Of a stretch of DNA of 64,000 nt, positions 63,406 through 64,000 are shown one piece after another (position 1 is the stretch's first letter; every line of letters starts with the position of its first letter). Both the position numbers and the translations under genes were made by a program. The notes beneath the pieces were generated by a model, which searched no databases, was not told where the DNA came from, and saw only the letters and a list, made by a program, of their open reading frames with translations. Origin of the DNA: the human T2T-CHM13v2.0 reference genome, Homo sapiens; assembly GCF_009914755.1 (NCBI RefSeq), contig NC_060928.1; one strand, given 5' to 3'.

Positions 63406-64000
63406 ATGGGGAAAAAACAGAACAGAAAAACTGCAAACTCTAAAAAATAGAGCGCCTCTCCTCCTCCAAAGGAACGCAGTTCCTCACCAGCAATGGAACA
63501 AAGCTGGATGGAGAATGACTTTGACGAGCTGAGAGAAGAAGGCTTCAGACGATCAAATTACTCTGAGCTACGGGAGGACATTCAAACCAAAGGCAAAGAA
63601 GTTGAAAACTTTGAAAAAAATTTAGAAGAATGTATAACTAGAATAACCAATACAGAGAAGTGCTTAAAGGAGCTGATGGAGCTGAAAACCAAGGCTCAAG
63701 AACTACGTGAAGAATGCAGAAGCCTCAGGAGCTGATGTGATCAACTGGAAGAAAGGGTATCAGCGATGGAAGATGAAATGAATGAAATGAAGCGAGAAGG
63801 GAAGTTTAGAGAAAAAAGAATAAAAAGAAATGAGAAAGCCTCCAAGAAATATGGGACTATGTGAAAAGACCAAATCTACGTCTGATTAGGGTACCTGAAA
63901 GCGATGGGGAGAATGGAACCAAGTTAGAAAAAACTCTGCAGGATATTATCCAGGAGAACTTCCCCAATCTAGCAAGGCAGGCCAACGTTCAGATTCAGGA
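63406..64000 (+). pseudogene. Disrupted L1 ORF1
   Basis: MGKKQNRKT start; TAG at 63448-63450, TGA at 63733-63735, apparent 1-nt deletion near 63835. Confidence 0.92.

Larger units (their letters stand above)
62505..64000 (+). mobile_element. 5' end of an L1PA2/L1PA3-type element with complete 5' UTR (runs off the window)
   Basis: ggagaggagccaagatggctgaatagg start; CpG-rich UTR of about 900 nt; ORF1 ATG at 63406. Confidence 0.95.

Overview
AT-rich primate genomic DNA, most likely human or great ape (AluY plus a young L1PA2/L1PA3-type element). It looks intronic or intergenic, with well over half derived from transposons: L1 of many ages, Alu, L2, MIR, MaLR LTRs, Tigger1, MER2, MER47 and MER33. 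I found no recognisable host protein-coding gene and nothing prokaryotic. The recognisable ORFs in the track are decayed L1 or Alu frames, and the rest look like chance. The one intact known ORF is L1 antisense ORF0 (62739-62957). Main features: a U6-L1 chimeric retrocopy inside a five-layer transposon nest; two fold-back hairpins made inside retroelements; a twin-primed inverted L1; near-identical small deletions in two separate L1 copies; diverged monomer arrays in ancient L1 5' UTRs; a strong CTCF-like site; and a few unverified candidate exons. I see no convincing wholly new biological system. Subfamily names and boundaries come from remembered consensus sequences and need RepeatMasker/Dfam confirmation.
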